DNA of 57,091 bases, taken from the NCBI GenBank assembly GCA_032718475.1, contig JAUCBJ010000058.1, forward strand, positions 1-57,091, written 5' to 3'. Positions within the stretch are counted from its first letter, which is position 1. Each line of letters starts with the position of its first letter. This DNA comes from Nemertoderma westbladi. Lineage: Eukaryota > Animalia > Xenacoelomorpha. The position numbers were made by a program, and so were the translations under genes. This document shows positions 1 to 33,186 of this stretch, piece after piece. A model generated the notes under the pieces. It was not told where the DNA came from, did not search any database, and saw only the letters and a list, made by a program, of their open reading frames with translations.

Positions 1-290
1 CACACATCCAATGGCTGTTTCCATGTCAGCAACCAGCTGTTAGATGTCGTAATATGAATCATCACGGCTAAGCTGTGAAAGGTAGTTGGTGCATTACAGG
101 TTTTTTGCCTTACCATGTCCGCCAAAACACGTAGCAGAATTACTTTTATGTCCGTTAAAACACCTGTAAAGGTACCTTGCGGGCGAGGGGAATATATATA
201 CAGTCAGAGAACCCTTTTAGAGTATTCCAGCGCCTGGGGGGGAACTGGCCAGCAAAGGCAAACGTATCAGTTATCCCACAAAAGCTTTTA

Positions 291-752
291 CAACATCTAC
301 TCCCCAATGGTGGCTGAATCACATCTACTCCCAAGGCACAATGGTTAACATCTACTCCATATTGGGGCTACATCACATCTACTCCCAAGGCCCAATGGCG
401 ACTGCGCCACATCTACTCGCCAATAGTGGCTGCATCACATCTACTCCCAAGGCCCAATGGTCAACATCTACTCCCCTATGGTGGCTACGCCACATCTACT
501 CCCCAATGGAGGCTGTTCCACTTCTACTCTCCAATGGCGACTGCACCACATCTATCCCCAATGGTGGCTGCGCCACAACTACACCCCAATGGTCAACATC
601 GACTCCCCTATGGTGGCTGCACCACATCTAGGCCTAACCCCCAATGGTGGATGCACCACATCACCCAAACGGTGGCTGAATCACATATACTCCCCAACGG
701 TGCTGCACCACATCTACTCCCCAACTGTGGTTGCACCACTTCTACTCCCCAA
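291..752. repeat. Degenerate minisatellite, ~28-bp unit (CACATCTACTCCCCAATGGTGGCTGCAC) with shorter and longer variants
   Basis: The core ACATCTACTCCCCAATGG recurs about 15 or more times with substitutions and indels; the overlapping short ORFs in three frames are by-products. Confidence 0.85.
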
Positions 753-1554
753 CTTTATAAACCTAACGTAGACAAATGTATTCAGTGGTTTATCAATAAC
801 ACTACCAGCCTACCTGTACTGTAAAGTTTATCCTGGAAATATTATTATCTCATTGGACAATCCATCTTTGGAATACCCAATCAAAATTCTCAATATCGCT
901 TTGCCAAAGCATTTAAATAACCATATTTCCTATATCAGGTAGTCATCATGTCAATACCTGAAAACACGGCATCTAAAATCGTTCATTGAAGCCTTCTACT
1001 ACAATTATCCAATCAGAATCGGTAATTTATAAGTAAAGGAAGTGTGATAGTGCCTCAATTGGATGAAACCAACTATAATTAGTTAAAATTATGCAATTCG
1101 TAGTGAAATAAATTCAGTGTATACAAAAATATACAGTCGGCCGGAGAGGGTTAAAATAGCACTAAACTTGTAATACCGCTCAGCCGGTACTATAATACAG
1201 TAATAATTGGCAGTAGCTGCTACTTGAATATTAGAAATGTGACCTGGTCACCGGTAAACCCTACTTAATGAAGTAAATCTGCAATACTCAGATACTGCTA
1301 TAGGCTGAGTGCTTACATCTGAGTGCTTGCAATCTGCCGAGGTTGTAATTGTAAACAGCATTTTATCAATCTTCCCCTTTTTGAATTTAATTAATTGTAG
1401 TGTCAAAAGAGGCGCAAGACTCTCCGCTTTCAATTGATATAAGTCACATGTTAAATGATTGAGATTTAATGTGTATTTGAATGGATCGAAAATCGCTGTC
1501 CGTAGAAACCAAGATAAAAAATTACCAGATCACTGCGTAATGAAGTCAAATATG

Positions 1555-1760
1555 TAGCAGCCAATGACAGCCGATTTTAAAAATTGGCCACCCGCGCTTA
1601 CTTAATTAAACCCGCCATTTCGAACGTTTCCTCGCGGGGTGTGTTTTTTACGAATAACACACCCCGCCACTCAATTCAAGGCACCTTCTTACCCCTTATT
1701 CATTTGTTTCTAGCCCAACAATTTTTTCGCGCACCAACCCTATTATAACGCGACGTAATT
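1555..1760. promoter_or_regulatory. Possible promoter-like CpG-rich patch
   Basis: CCAAT at 1561, ATTGG at 1583, YY1-like CCGCCATTT at 1612-1620, CCCGCC near 1662 and E2F-like TTTCGCGC at 1725-1732 in AT-rich surroundings; no linked gene found. Confidence 0.25.
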
Positions 1761-2804
1761 CCAATATTTCCACAGACCGACAACGTTCAGTTTTGGAGAC
1801 TCAAACTAAATACGATAGTCTATCTAATTAATCTGGGAACTGCGGAAATGGTAACAACAAGGAAAATTATAGTTCACCCTTACGTGAATTTGTAGTTTAC
1901 TCCATTATGCCGTTCTGGAATTCCTCAGACTAAAAACCCAGGTTACAGAAGGGCTGAAACGAATCATAACAATAAATAAATGAATTAGTATATGTACAGG
2001 TTATAAGAAATAAAACAGTGATGTGAAACACTTAATAAGGAGAAATTAATAACTATTTATTTTACAAAAAGAAGGTACAGTACTATTTTTTTGTCCGACT
2101 TTGTTTATGAATTGCGGATTAAAAAGAGGACAAAAAATGATTTCTTTTTGTAGAAGATGTTGTTTTCTTTTACATAAAAATGCGGACAAAAACGACATTT
2201 TGCCCAAAATCAACCAACATTTAGAATATACTAATATTAATTATGAATATATTAAATACAATTATTGGAAGTTGACGGTATATTGAGCACACCAGTAGCT
2301 ACCATTTAATCTTTCTTTAAAATATTCCTTTCTGAATTAGAAGTAGGCCTACTGTAACAAAGTTATCGCAAATTTGATGTCAATTCTGCACCATTGTGTA
2401 ATTAAATAACAATAGTTAATATTAATTAGCAACTGTGTTAGTGGAGGTGATATTCCAGAACGTTAATAAAATAATCTTACCAAAAATTTGATTAAACTAG
2501 TTACTTATTCAAAAGATCCTACAACTAAACATTTTATTTATAAATTTATTAATAATTACCATCGTACAGTAATTAATCATTTTATAGAATAAATAATGCG
2601 AAATCAACAGAAAAATATTCCAGATAGTTGATTGGATAAATGTTTTATTACCGCATTTTTGCGGATAAAAAAGTGAATTTTTAAAAGAAAAAATACAAAT
2701 TCTATAGGATTTGGAACTAAAAGTGAAAATCCCTTTATTGTTCACATGGGCGAATTGAAGTGCTTTAAATAAGTTAATTAAACGAAATAATTAATAAATA
2801 ATTA

Positions 2805-2952
2805 TTTATTACATGGGGAAAAAAAACGTAGGCCCTAGAACTTTTTTTTTTATTATTATCGAGGAATTTTATTTACCGAGCGCCAGTGAGGTTAATAAAG
2901 GGTCGAGAGAATATTTAAAAAAAAATGTTCTACGTTTTTTTCCCATGTAATA
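2805..2952. mobile_element. Small palindromic MITE-like element
   Basis: Arms TATTACATGGGGAAAAAAAACGTAG and CTACGTTTTTTCCCATGTAATA are inverted; the central motif is ACCGAGCGCCAGTGAGG. Confidence 0.6.
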
Positions 2953-3328
2953 CGTCATTTTATTCTTAAATTGGTACTTTTTTTGTAGCTAAATTCTGTA
3001 ATGAAACATAGCAATATATACTACAGTACAGTAGTGTTACAAAATAAATTGAAATGCAGTATTTTACTATAGGCCTAGGCCTATTGCTTCCATAGTTACT
3101 GCGATTCATACTCTCGAATTACTCCTGTACTCTTCAACTCTCGATGTTGCCTTACTCAATAAAATAATTTAGTGTTCTGGAATATTTATTACGTAACTAG
3201 AGAGCCGCTTAACTACATAAACTAATATTGGATATTGAGTTCCGTTTTGGTGTACGCCGCACAGACACTAAAGTTGCAATAACTTTTGTGTGTTTGAATG
3301 GATTTTGCTCAAATTACTTGCAAACCTT

Positions 3329-3521
3329 TTCTACGTCGATGCTCTTTCACCAGATGTAATAAAATTCAAAAAATTCCACCAAAAATATTTTACTTTACTT
3401 TTTTTCGCCGTGAGAAAAAGTAAAATCAATGCAATCCTATTGATTACTTTTTTCCATAGGGAAAAAAGTGAATCTTTTTCTACCGATTTTGGGGTATATT
3501 CGAGCGAAAAAGTGACAATTT
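3329..3521 (+). repeat. Dispersed repeat (probable DNA-transposon fragment), copy 1
   Basis: Aligns by eye with 31337-31536 (TCGATGCTCTTTCA...AAATTCCACCAAAAATATTTTA...GGGGTATATTCGAGCGAAAAAGT). Confidence 0.75.
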
Positions 3522-3556
3522 GAATGAATGGGAGAATCTTTTAGGCCCGTTAAGCC

Positions 3557-3616
3557 AAGGAATGCCTGTTCACCACCATGGCGATCTTCCACAGTAAACC
3601 CTTCCACTCTGTTTCC
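3557..3616 (-). repeat. Single inverted monomer of the 63-bp minisatellite
   Basis: AAGGAATGCCTGTTCACCACCATGGCGATCTTCCACAGTAAACCCTTCCACTCTGTTTCC is the reverse complement of the 4588-6845 unit. Confidence 0.9.
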
Positions 3617-4074
3617 CAAGTTGCCTTGGTTCCCATTTATCGACCACTGAAGGATGAAAGCCGGGGTTGGGCTAGGCTGCAGCATTTAAAGCACTGTGCC
3701 CAAACAGTGCTTAAGTGATTAATTATTATATAATCTGATAATTACAATTACCATGTTCGAGACGAGATCGCACGACCTAAGAGTGTACACCATGTCCTGG
3801 AATATAGTGTCGTTATTCTGGTACACCCCCCCCCCCCCCCCTCAAATTTTTCTACAAATCTTAATGAGATTGTATGAAATTTGAAACAGAGATAATTTCA
3901 CCTCCCTCCTCCTCCATGGGTGAGCCAGATGTATAAGAAAACTGTACTGTAGCTAGTATAAAAATTTGTGGGTGGTATTATGTAATATGTACTGTACCTG
4001 TGATGCTATGAATGTAAATTTCATTACAGATGCTGTAAGTTTCAATACTACTGTACATAATTGTGTGCAAAGTA

Positions 4075-4173
4075 GCACTTTGCAGCGTTATGACCCGAGT
4101 TTATTTATCTACCGAGCGAGCGCAGCGAGGGAGGTTTACATAAATAAACAAGGGTCTTTAACGCTGAAAAGTG
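4075..4173. mobile_element. Palindromic MITE-like element with central GAGC motif
   Basis: CACTTTGCAGCGTTATGACCC..GTTTATTTAT is inverted relative to ATAAATAAACAAGGGTCTTTAACGCTGAAAAGTG; the centre is ACCGAGCGAGCGCAGCGAGG. Confidence 0.65.
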
Positions 4174-4587
4174 ACCTTAGCAAGCAATGTTGTATGTAAT
4201 TTTGTTACATTATCTCAACTTATCAGCGTTCGTTATGTGAAGAAATGATTTTATGGATGCTCATTTAAACATTTTAATCATGAACTATATCGAATATAAG
4301 TGAAATTTATTAACATGTACACAGTATTAATTATACATTTAAATCTAATTAAAGTTTATTATTGTTATCTCCTGCATGGTTGTGATAAATCTTTGATCCA
4401 TCTTGACTATAGTCGACTGAAGCAAACTGAGTCACCGTCTATGTCCGTTAAGTTTTACTGAAGACTGTCCCCATTTTCTTTGGTCATTGTCTCTATGGAC
4501 GTTTAGACATAATGGATTACAGTACATACAGTATTCCGGTAGTTCCATCATTGCAAACTGGATAACATAGCAGCACGCCAGGCAATG

Positions 4588-6845
4588 AGGTGAACAGGCA
4601 TTCCCTTGGAAAACAGAGTGGAAGGGTTTACTGTGGAAGATCACCCATGGTAGTGAACATGCATTCTTTTGGGAAACATAGTGGAAGGGTTTACTGTGGA
4701 AGATCACCCATGGTGGTGAACAGGCACTCCTTTTGGAAAAGGAGTGGAAGGGTTTACTGTAGAAGATCACCCATGTTGGTGAACAGACATTCCTATAGGA
4801 AACAGAGTGGAAGGGTTTACTGTGGAAGATCACCCATGGTGGTGAAAAGGCATTCCTTTAGGAAACAGAGAGGAAGGGTTTACTGTGGAAGATCACCTAT
4901 GGTGGTGAACAGGCATTCCTTTAAGAAACAGAGTGGAAGGGTTTACTGTGGAAGATTACCCACGGTGGTGAACAAGCATTCATTTAGGAAACAGAGTGGA
5001 AGAGTTTACTGTGGTAGATCACCCATGGTGGTGAACAGGCATTCACTTAGAAAACAGAGTGGAAGGGTTTACTGTGGAAGATCACCCATGGTAGTGAACT
5101 GGCATTCCTATAGGAAACAGAGTGGAAGGGTTTACTGTGGAAGATCACCCATGGTGGTGAAAAGGCATTCCTTTAGGAAACAGAGTGGAAGGGTTTACTG
5201 TGGAAGATCACTTATGGTGGTGAACAGGCATTCCTTTAGGAAACAGAGTGGAAGGGTTTACTGTGGAAGATTACCCACGGTGGTGAACAGGCATTCATTT
5301 GGGAAACAGAGTGGAAGGGTTTACTGTGGTAGATCACCCATGGTGGTGAACAGGCATTCACTTAGAAAACAGAGTGGAAGGGTTTACTGTGGAAGATCAC
5401 CCATGGTAGTGAACTGGCATTCCTTTGGGAAACCGAGTGGAAGGGTTTACTGTGGAAGATCACCCATCGTGGTGGGTGAACAGGCATTCATTTAGGAAAC
5501 AGAGTGGAAGGGTTTCGTGCGGAAGATCACCCTTCAAGAAGGGTGAACAGGCATTCCATTAGGAAACAGAGGGGAGGGGTTTACTGTAGAAGATACTAGA
5601 AGACTGTAGTTATGGTGGTGAACAGACATTCCATTAGGAAACAGAGTGGAAGGGTTTACTGTGGATGTGGGAGATCCCGCATGGTGGTGAACAGGCATTC
5701 TTTTGGGAACCATAGTGGAAGGGTTTACTGTGGAAGATCACCCATGGTGGTGAATAGGCATTCCTTTAAGAAACATAGAAGAATGGTTTACTGTGGAAGA
5801 TCACCCATGGTGAAGAACAGGCATTCCTTTAGGAAACAGAGAGGAATGGTTTACTATGGAAGATCACCCATGGTGTTGAACAGGCATTCCTTTACTAAAC
5901 AGAGTGGAAGGGTTTACTGTGGAAGATCACCCATGGTGGTGAACAGGTATCCCTTTACTAAACAGAGTGGAAGGATTTAATGTGGAAGATCACCCATGGT
6001 GGTGAACAGGCATTCCTTTAGGAAACAGAGTGGAAGGGTATACTATGGAAGATCACCCATGGTGTTGAACAGGCATTCCTTTACTAAACAGAGTGGAAGG
6101 GTTTACTGTGGAAGATCACCCATATTGTGGTGAACAGGTATCCCTTTACTAAACAGAGTGGAAGGATTTACTGTGGAAGATCACCCATGGTGGTGAACAG
6201 GCATTCTTTTAGGAAACAGAGTGGAAGGATTTAATGTGGAAGATCACCAATGGTGGTGAACAGGCATACCTTTAGGAAACACAGTGGAAGGGTTTACTGT
6301 GAAAGATCACCCATGGTGGAGAACAGGCATTCCTTTAGGCAACAGAGTGGAAGGGTTTACTGTGGAAGATCACCCATGGTGGTGAACAGGCATTCCTTTA
6401 GAAAACAGAGTGGAAGGGTTTACTGTGGCAGATCACCCATGGTGGTGAACAGGCATTCCTTTAGTAAACAGAGTGGAAGGGTTTACTGTGGAAGATCACC
6501 CATGGTGGTGAACAGGCATTCCTTAAGGAAACGGAGTGGAAGGGTTTACTGTGGAAGATCACCCATGGTGGTGAACAGGCATTCCCTTAGGAAACAGAGT
6601 GGAAGGGTTTACTGTGGAAGATCACCCATGGTGGTGAACAGGCATTCCTTAAGGAAACGGAGTGGAAGGGTTTACTGTGGAAGATCACCCATGGTGGTGA
6701 ACAGGCATTCCTTAAGGAAACGGAGTGGAAGGGTTTACTGTGGAAGATCACCCATGGTGGTGAACAGGCATTCCCTTAGGAAACAGAGTGGAAGGATTTA
6801 CTGTGGAAGATCACTTATGGTGGTGAACAGGCATTCTATTGGGAA
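4588..6845. repeat. 63-bp minisatellite, ~36 copies
   Basis: Unit GGTGAACAGGCATTCCTTTAGGAAACAGAGTGGAAGGGTTTACTGTGGAAGATCACCCATGGT; it generates the 21-aa repeat ORFs in the track. Confidence 0.97.
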
Positions 6846-7928
6846 ATTACGTCTCAAACATGTTTTAAGTTATCAACGTTTAATAAATAACAAGAGTTCA
6901 AACAACAAAAAGTAAAAACATTTGCACAATAAATATTACATTACACCTGAGTCCTACACTATGCTGTTCTTACCTACATAATTCAAAGGGGTTAAACGCT
7001 TCGCCTACACCTACTTGTAGGAGCCTACTTGTCGTTAGTAAAGGAGCAGGTTACAGAGGCGGTTTGAAAGGAACCAAAACAATAAACGAGAGTAGAGGAA
7101 TATTGTAGAAAACGCCATTTAATTGGGCATCAACAGTCAGACATATAGGCATACCGGCTTACGGTACATGTATGTGTATGCGTAGGTTTTACCCCCTAAT
7201 TTAAATTAACGAAGTTATTTATTTATTTTTATTCCAATCCTTAGAAAATAAAAACAACAATGTTCTGGAACATAGTGGAAAATTTAGAGAATAATTGGGG
7301 AATATCTTCACTATTTTACAGATATTGCAATTATCGGTTTGTCAAATTGGGTTTAATAAAGTAAAAATATTTTTAATTTAAAAAATCACCTCTTCCAGCT
7401 AATTATTAATTGCCGGTATTCTTACTACTGAAAATATTAAAGACTCCCAAAGAATAATTAAGAACTACTTATTCGAAAAATGAACTATTTATGTGCGATA
7501 AAAATGTGTTTTTGTAAATCCAACATTTAAGAACAATGAAGTGCATTGCTATAATAACAGAAATGCATTAAACTTTGGTTAACATTGCTCTCAATCATTT
7601 ACAAATAAATTGTTACAAACACATACCGGTAGTTGGTTATTTTGCAAATAAATTGAAATTTCCAATACCCAAGAAAAATACCTCACTGTATTAAATTTTT
7701 TCGTCATTATTATTTGAGGCAAAATATCGTGTAACATCACCCAGTGCAATACTTTTAGCAAAAGTAAAAGTACCCATACCAAAACACTAACTTAAAAAAA
7801 TATCACTTTTAGAAATACATTTAACCAAATTTTAGAATTGTAAATAAAAATAGTATTTAAAAACTAGATATTATTGGTCCAAAATAACCACAAATGTTCC
7901 AGAACGTGGAAATTAATTTCGTTATAAT

Positions 7929-8303
7929 TTATTGAACGTGTTGGATTCTGCGTAATCGAGTTCTTTGCCGCTGTAGGAGTATAAGGAAGGCGAGAAGGAC
8001 AGCGAGTCCGACGATAGCGTAAACGTCCCAGTCGGTGTCGGACCCGGATTCACCGGTACTCGGATCCGGGGATGACCACGGCAGACTGCCGCTCACGGCG
8101 TCCCAGACCGCCTCCAACCCGAAGGCCAAGTACAGCCGGTACATGGCCAGCGTGACCGGCAGGTAGGCGTCGGCACTCACGTCCAAGGCCATGTCGTAGA
8201 ATCGTTTAGCTAGATGGGCGTCGCGTTTGAGACCGCGACCCACTTCGTGCATGTAGGCCAGGTTGAACATAGCCTGCGCGTCGTGGCTCTGTTCCGACGC
8301 CAT
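7929..8303 (-). CDS. SEL1L: SEL1L exon 5 (last SEL1-like repeats, TM helix, short basic tail, stop)
   Basis: Acceptor ...cctgtag|ATG at 8303; MASEQSHDAQAMFNLAYMHE...HLAKRFYDMA matches SEL1L; WDVYAIVGLAVLLAFLILL forms the TM segment. Confidence 0.93.
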   Translation of the reverse strand: MASEQSHDAQAMFNLAYMHEVGRGLKRDAHLAKRFYDMALDVSADAYLPVTLAMYRLYLAFGLEAVWDAVSGSLPWSSPDPSTGESGSDTDWDVYAIVGLAVLLAFLILLQRQRTRLRRIQHVQ

Positions 8304-8666
8304 CTACAGGTGCGGAAAGGAAATAAACGAATAATATAATGACAGGGAAATAAATAATAATTTATATATACAATCTATGGATATGAACTTGGATATTCAA
8401 ATATTAAAAATAAATTAGTATTCCTAAATATGGCAAATGTTTCCCGGGAAATAAACTCTTTATTAGCAGGTAAATATAGCAATGAAAGTGGGAGCTAGTT
8501 AAATAAATAATAAAACAGCTGTTGCCGTGTCACCGTGCAGATGGGAATAAAGCAAAATAGATGAAAATAAATTTGTCAAGCGCCGTTATTAGAGTAATAT
8601 AAAACAAACTTACATCACTATTTAGGGTCCCAAAAAGTCAGGATCAGGACCGGTACAGACACCCAC

Positions 8667-9061
8667 CTGATATTGCAATGCGGCCGCGTTGTAATCCACT
8701 GCGGTCCCCTTCCCATAGTAATGGTAGTCGCCGATCTTTAACCTCGCCCTCCCGTACCCCTGGGCGGCCGCCCTGCCCCAGTAGTGCAACGCCCTACTCA
8801 ACACCTCGTCCGCGGGCACCTGCAACCCTTCGTCCACCGCGGCACCGCCCCCTCCCATCCCGTCCATGATGAAGGCGGCGTTGGATTGGCCCACCACGTA
8901 GCCCAACTCCGCCAACACGGTGTAGACAGTGAGTGCCGCCTGTCGGTCGTTGTTGTGGTATAGACGATGGCCGTCCATCAGCAGTTGCGACCAACGGCCT
9001 CGTTCCGCCACGTTCTTAAAGAACTCAACCGCGATGGAACAGGAACGAATCATCCCCATCC
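8667..9061 (-). CDS. SEL1L: SEL1L exon 4
   Basis: Acceptor tccatccag|GG and donor CAG|GTGGGT; RSCSIAVEFFKNVAERGRWS...QSNAAFI...ARLKIGDYHYYG; phases 1/0 are consistent with neighbours. Confidence 0.93.
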
Positions 9062-9554
9062 CTGGATGGATACAATAAATCAATAAATAAACCAACATCA
9101 TTAAATAATTCACCACCAGCGGGGATCGAACCCGCGTTTCCCGATAAACGTTTAGGTATTCCGCTCCAGTTGCTATAGAGTTGGATTATCCTATGTCCTG
9201 TTTAAATTACTTAATTTATTCAATCTATGGATGTTAAAATATATAAACAATATAATTAAATAATGTTCCGACATTTTAGTACCAGGCACGTTTTTATTCG
9301 GATTAAAAATGAGAGACTGTCTGTTAGTGACTGGGTATAGTTCCGTATCGGACATTAAGTGTCACTATCACAGTTAGCGCAAATAGATTACCAACTGGCC
9401 ACACTGATCGTCTACGGTGACCAACCTACCACGCATCCACAGTGCCACACTGCCCACATAAATCACAAAATAATCATTAATAATGTTCTTGTGAACATAG
9501 AATAATATATTTATCACTTTAGTTAAAATAAATAAAGTTAGCAGTTTCGCTCTA

Positions 9555-9917
<363 letters not shown>

Positions 9918-10070
9918 CTAATAAGCATACAATATTGAAGGCGAAGGGTGCACAAATAATATTTAATAAAACTAAGCCAACTGGAAATTAACAACAACAA
10001 CAAAAAATGGAGGCGATATACGTGTAAACCGGCCTTAATTAATGTCTCACTTACTAAAGTCCATAAACTA

Positions 10071-30891
<20,821 letters not shown>

Positions 30892-31067
30892 CTATAGGAA
30901 TAAAGGTTACATTGTTGTCAGAGAATTAATAAAAAACTGTCTTAGATAACGTCATTTAGGCCCTTTGCCATTGCCATGAGTATATTCGAGCCTTCACCTA
31001 TCAAATAACTACGCGCCCCCGTTCACACATAAGCAGTCATTAAACTTTAACTAAAAATCACTAGCTA

Positions 31068-31326
31068 CATTGAATTACATCTCTCGTAGGTCGTGGGTGC
31101 GATCCTCACATGGGCCAGGGCAGTTTTCGTTTCGGCACGAATGCTTTGAAAGGACTAGCCAGGGCGCATCTCTACCTTGCATCCTTAAGTGGTAGCTAAA
31201 TGAGTACTGGAGTTTTCTCTGAGGAGTATAGTTCTGTAGTTCCGGGAGGACCGCACTGGAAATAAGTCAACAGACTTTGTGCGTAATATATGGCCTAACG
31301 CCCGAAGAAAATTTACTTATTACTTT
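31068..31326 (+). mobile_element. tRNA-derived SINE (family 1), 5'-clipped, in SEL1L intron 1
   Basis: B-box-like GGGTGCGATCC, central CCTTGCATCCTTAAGTGGTAGCTAAATGAGTAC block resembling recalled Meta/Sauria-type SINE cores, and a TTAC-type tail; matches 35256-35512 in reverse. Confidence 0.8.
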
Positions 31327-31336
31327 TAATAACCTC

Positions 31337-31536
31337 TTCTACCTCGATGCTCTTTCAACTCACTCATGTAATAAAATTTAAGAAATTCCACCAAAAATAT
31401 TTTATGTTACTTTTTTCTTCGGGAAAAAACTAATATGGATGCAATCCTCTATGGGTTACTTACTTTTTCCTTAGGGAAAAAAATACTCCCTTTCTCCCAA
31501 ATTCGGGGTATATTCGAGCGAAAAAGTAACAATTTA
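31337..31536 (+). repeat. Dispersed repeat, copy 2 (SEL1L intron 1)
   Basis: Homologous to 3329-3521. Confidence 0.75.
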
Positions 31537-31650
31537 AGAATAAAGTTTTTTTACCTATAAACAAATTAATTGGAAAAGGGAAAAAAAATCGTGTTAACTT
31601 GCGTCACTGGTACCTGCAGTAGATCTACTGCACCAGGTCGTTCTACCCAC

Positions 31651-32682
31651 CTTATCGGCTAGGAACCGGTAGTACTGCACCAGGTCGTTATCCAGCACCG
31701 GACTGTGTTCTTGAGGACTTTCCAACTCGTCTACCAGATGGACCCTGGATACGGCGGCCCCTCCAGTCAGCTCAACCGCCTCCGCCACAGCCGTCGCCAC
31801 TCCCTTGTAGTGGGTGAGCGCGGCCTCGCAGGACTGCGGCACTCCGAACCCGTTGAGGTACCGATACCCCAAGGCCATCTTTGCGAGGGGGTGGTTACCG
31901 AGCGAAGCGAAGGTAAGATAGACCAGAGCGAGGCCATGATCTAGAGGGCGACCTGCTAGACCTACGGAGTGGAGTACACCCAAAGCGAACTGGGCGGAAG
32001 GCGATCCCATAACAACTAAACGATCCAATAGAGAGAGAGAAGCAGTAAGATTTTGTTTAATAAACCGACCGTAAAGGAATTCCAAGGCCATTAACTCCAT
32101 CCCTTTTGTGTGATTGGCTGAGGTAAGAACATGTAGAATCTCTATGGCTTCTTGATGACTGCCGCTTTGATCTGAGAGAAGCAGTTTCTGAGACTTTTTA
32201 TATAATTCTTCGTTTTCTTTTGTTGTCTCGGATTCAGGTTCCGGTGGAAGTGGGGTGGGCGTCGTTTCGGATTCAGGATCTACTGAATTCTGGAAAACTT
32301 TTGTTTTCATTAAGAGTTCGTCGCGTTTCTTTATCGCGAGGTTTATGACTTCCTTTGCGCGGGATGTGTCGTCCGATTCGGTTTCGGTTGTCGAATCCGG
32401 ATGGGGCGGGAAGCTTAACGCGTCGTTGGTGTCGTCGTTGTCTTTGATGGAGAAAAGTATTTGGTTCATTGACTTATCCGGGTCGCCGCCCTCTTCTGTT
32501 TCGTCTGATAGTTCGTCGTCGTGTTGCTCTTCGGAAGGTTCCTCCGGGTTGTCCTCGACATTGTCTATAAGCGGTTCACTGTCATCATCTTTGTTATCCC
32601 CTGGATAAGTAATTGGAGTTTCGCTGTCAACGATATTACACGAGTGAAACATCAGCCAAATAATAACCACTGCTTTCCACAT
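31651..32682 (-). CDS. SEL1L: SEL1L exon 1 (signal peptide, acidic low-complexity region, first SEL1-like repeats)
   Basis: First ATG at 32682 (MWKAVVIIWLMF...); ALVYLTFASLG..AKMALGYRY...SCEAALTHY..VA...VQYYRFLADK; donor AAG|GTGGGT. The five exons total 2286 nt = 761 aa + stop. Confidence 0.92.
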
Positions 32683-32870
32683 CTTTCTGAATTCCTTGCG
32701 CACCGGTCGCCGTCGCGGTCAGCCAGTCAGCCGGTCGTACCGGTATACCATGTGCAGCGCGACCTTCTCTACGCCCTACGGTATCGGTACACTATTACTG
32801 TTACCGGTAGTACAACTGTACAAGGTAGGCCTATAAGCTTAGGGCAGTAAGTAAGGCAGTAAGGCCAGAA

Positions 32871-32928
32871 GACCTACCCAATTACTTTGGCAATTTATCG
32901 ACCTACCCAATTACTTTGGCAATTTATC
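32871..32928. repeat. Perfect 29-bp tandem duplication containing CCAAT, ~190 bp upstream of the SEL1L ATG
   Basis: GACCTACCCAATTACTTTGGCAATTTATC occurs twice in tandem. Confidence 0.9.
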
Positions 32929-33186
32929 AGATCAGGGACAGGATCAGCATCAGGTTGAATACAGATGTTGGTTAGGTTGGCAGCCTGCCGCCACTTACCA
33001 CCACTCACTGCCCGTAGAACAGTAGAAAGGCTGAAAAGTCAGGCTGTCAGGTTGTGACTGACACATATGCACTAAACAGGGAATCATCATTAACCAATCA
33101 ATTCACCTTGCAAAATAATAGTCGGTGTCCTCCTCTTGGTTTGTTTATGTTTAGCAATTCTATGCTCCAGTCTCAGTAATCTTTTA

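Noticed and set aside
115-824. Overlapping His/Pro-rich ORFs
   Set aside because: The same peptides recur in all three frames, as expected for a degenerate minisatellite.
4590-6915. Arg/Lys-rich 21-aa repeat proteins (301, 122 and 221 aa ORFs)
   Set aside because: These follow from a 63-bp unit lacking stops in one frame; the array has frameshifting indels (~5475, ~6125) and TAA variants, and no unique domain.
9117-9180. tRNA/SINE fragment in SEL1L intron 3 (GGGATCGAACCC)
   Set aside because: Only a B-box-like motif is evident, which is too little to call.
32683-32703. SEL1L start at 32703 as given in the ORF track
   Set aside because: That codon is GTG; the ATG at 32682 directly precedes the signal peptide.
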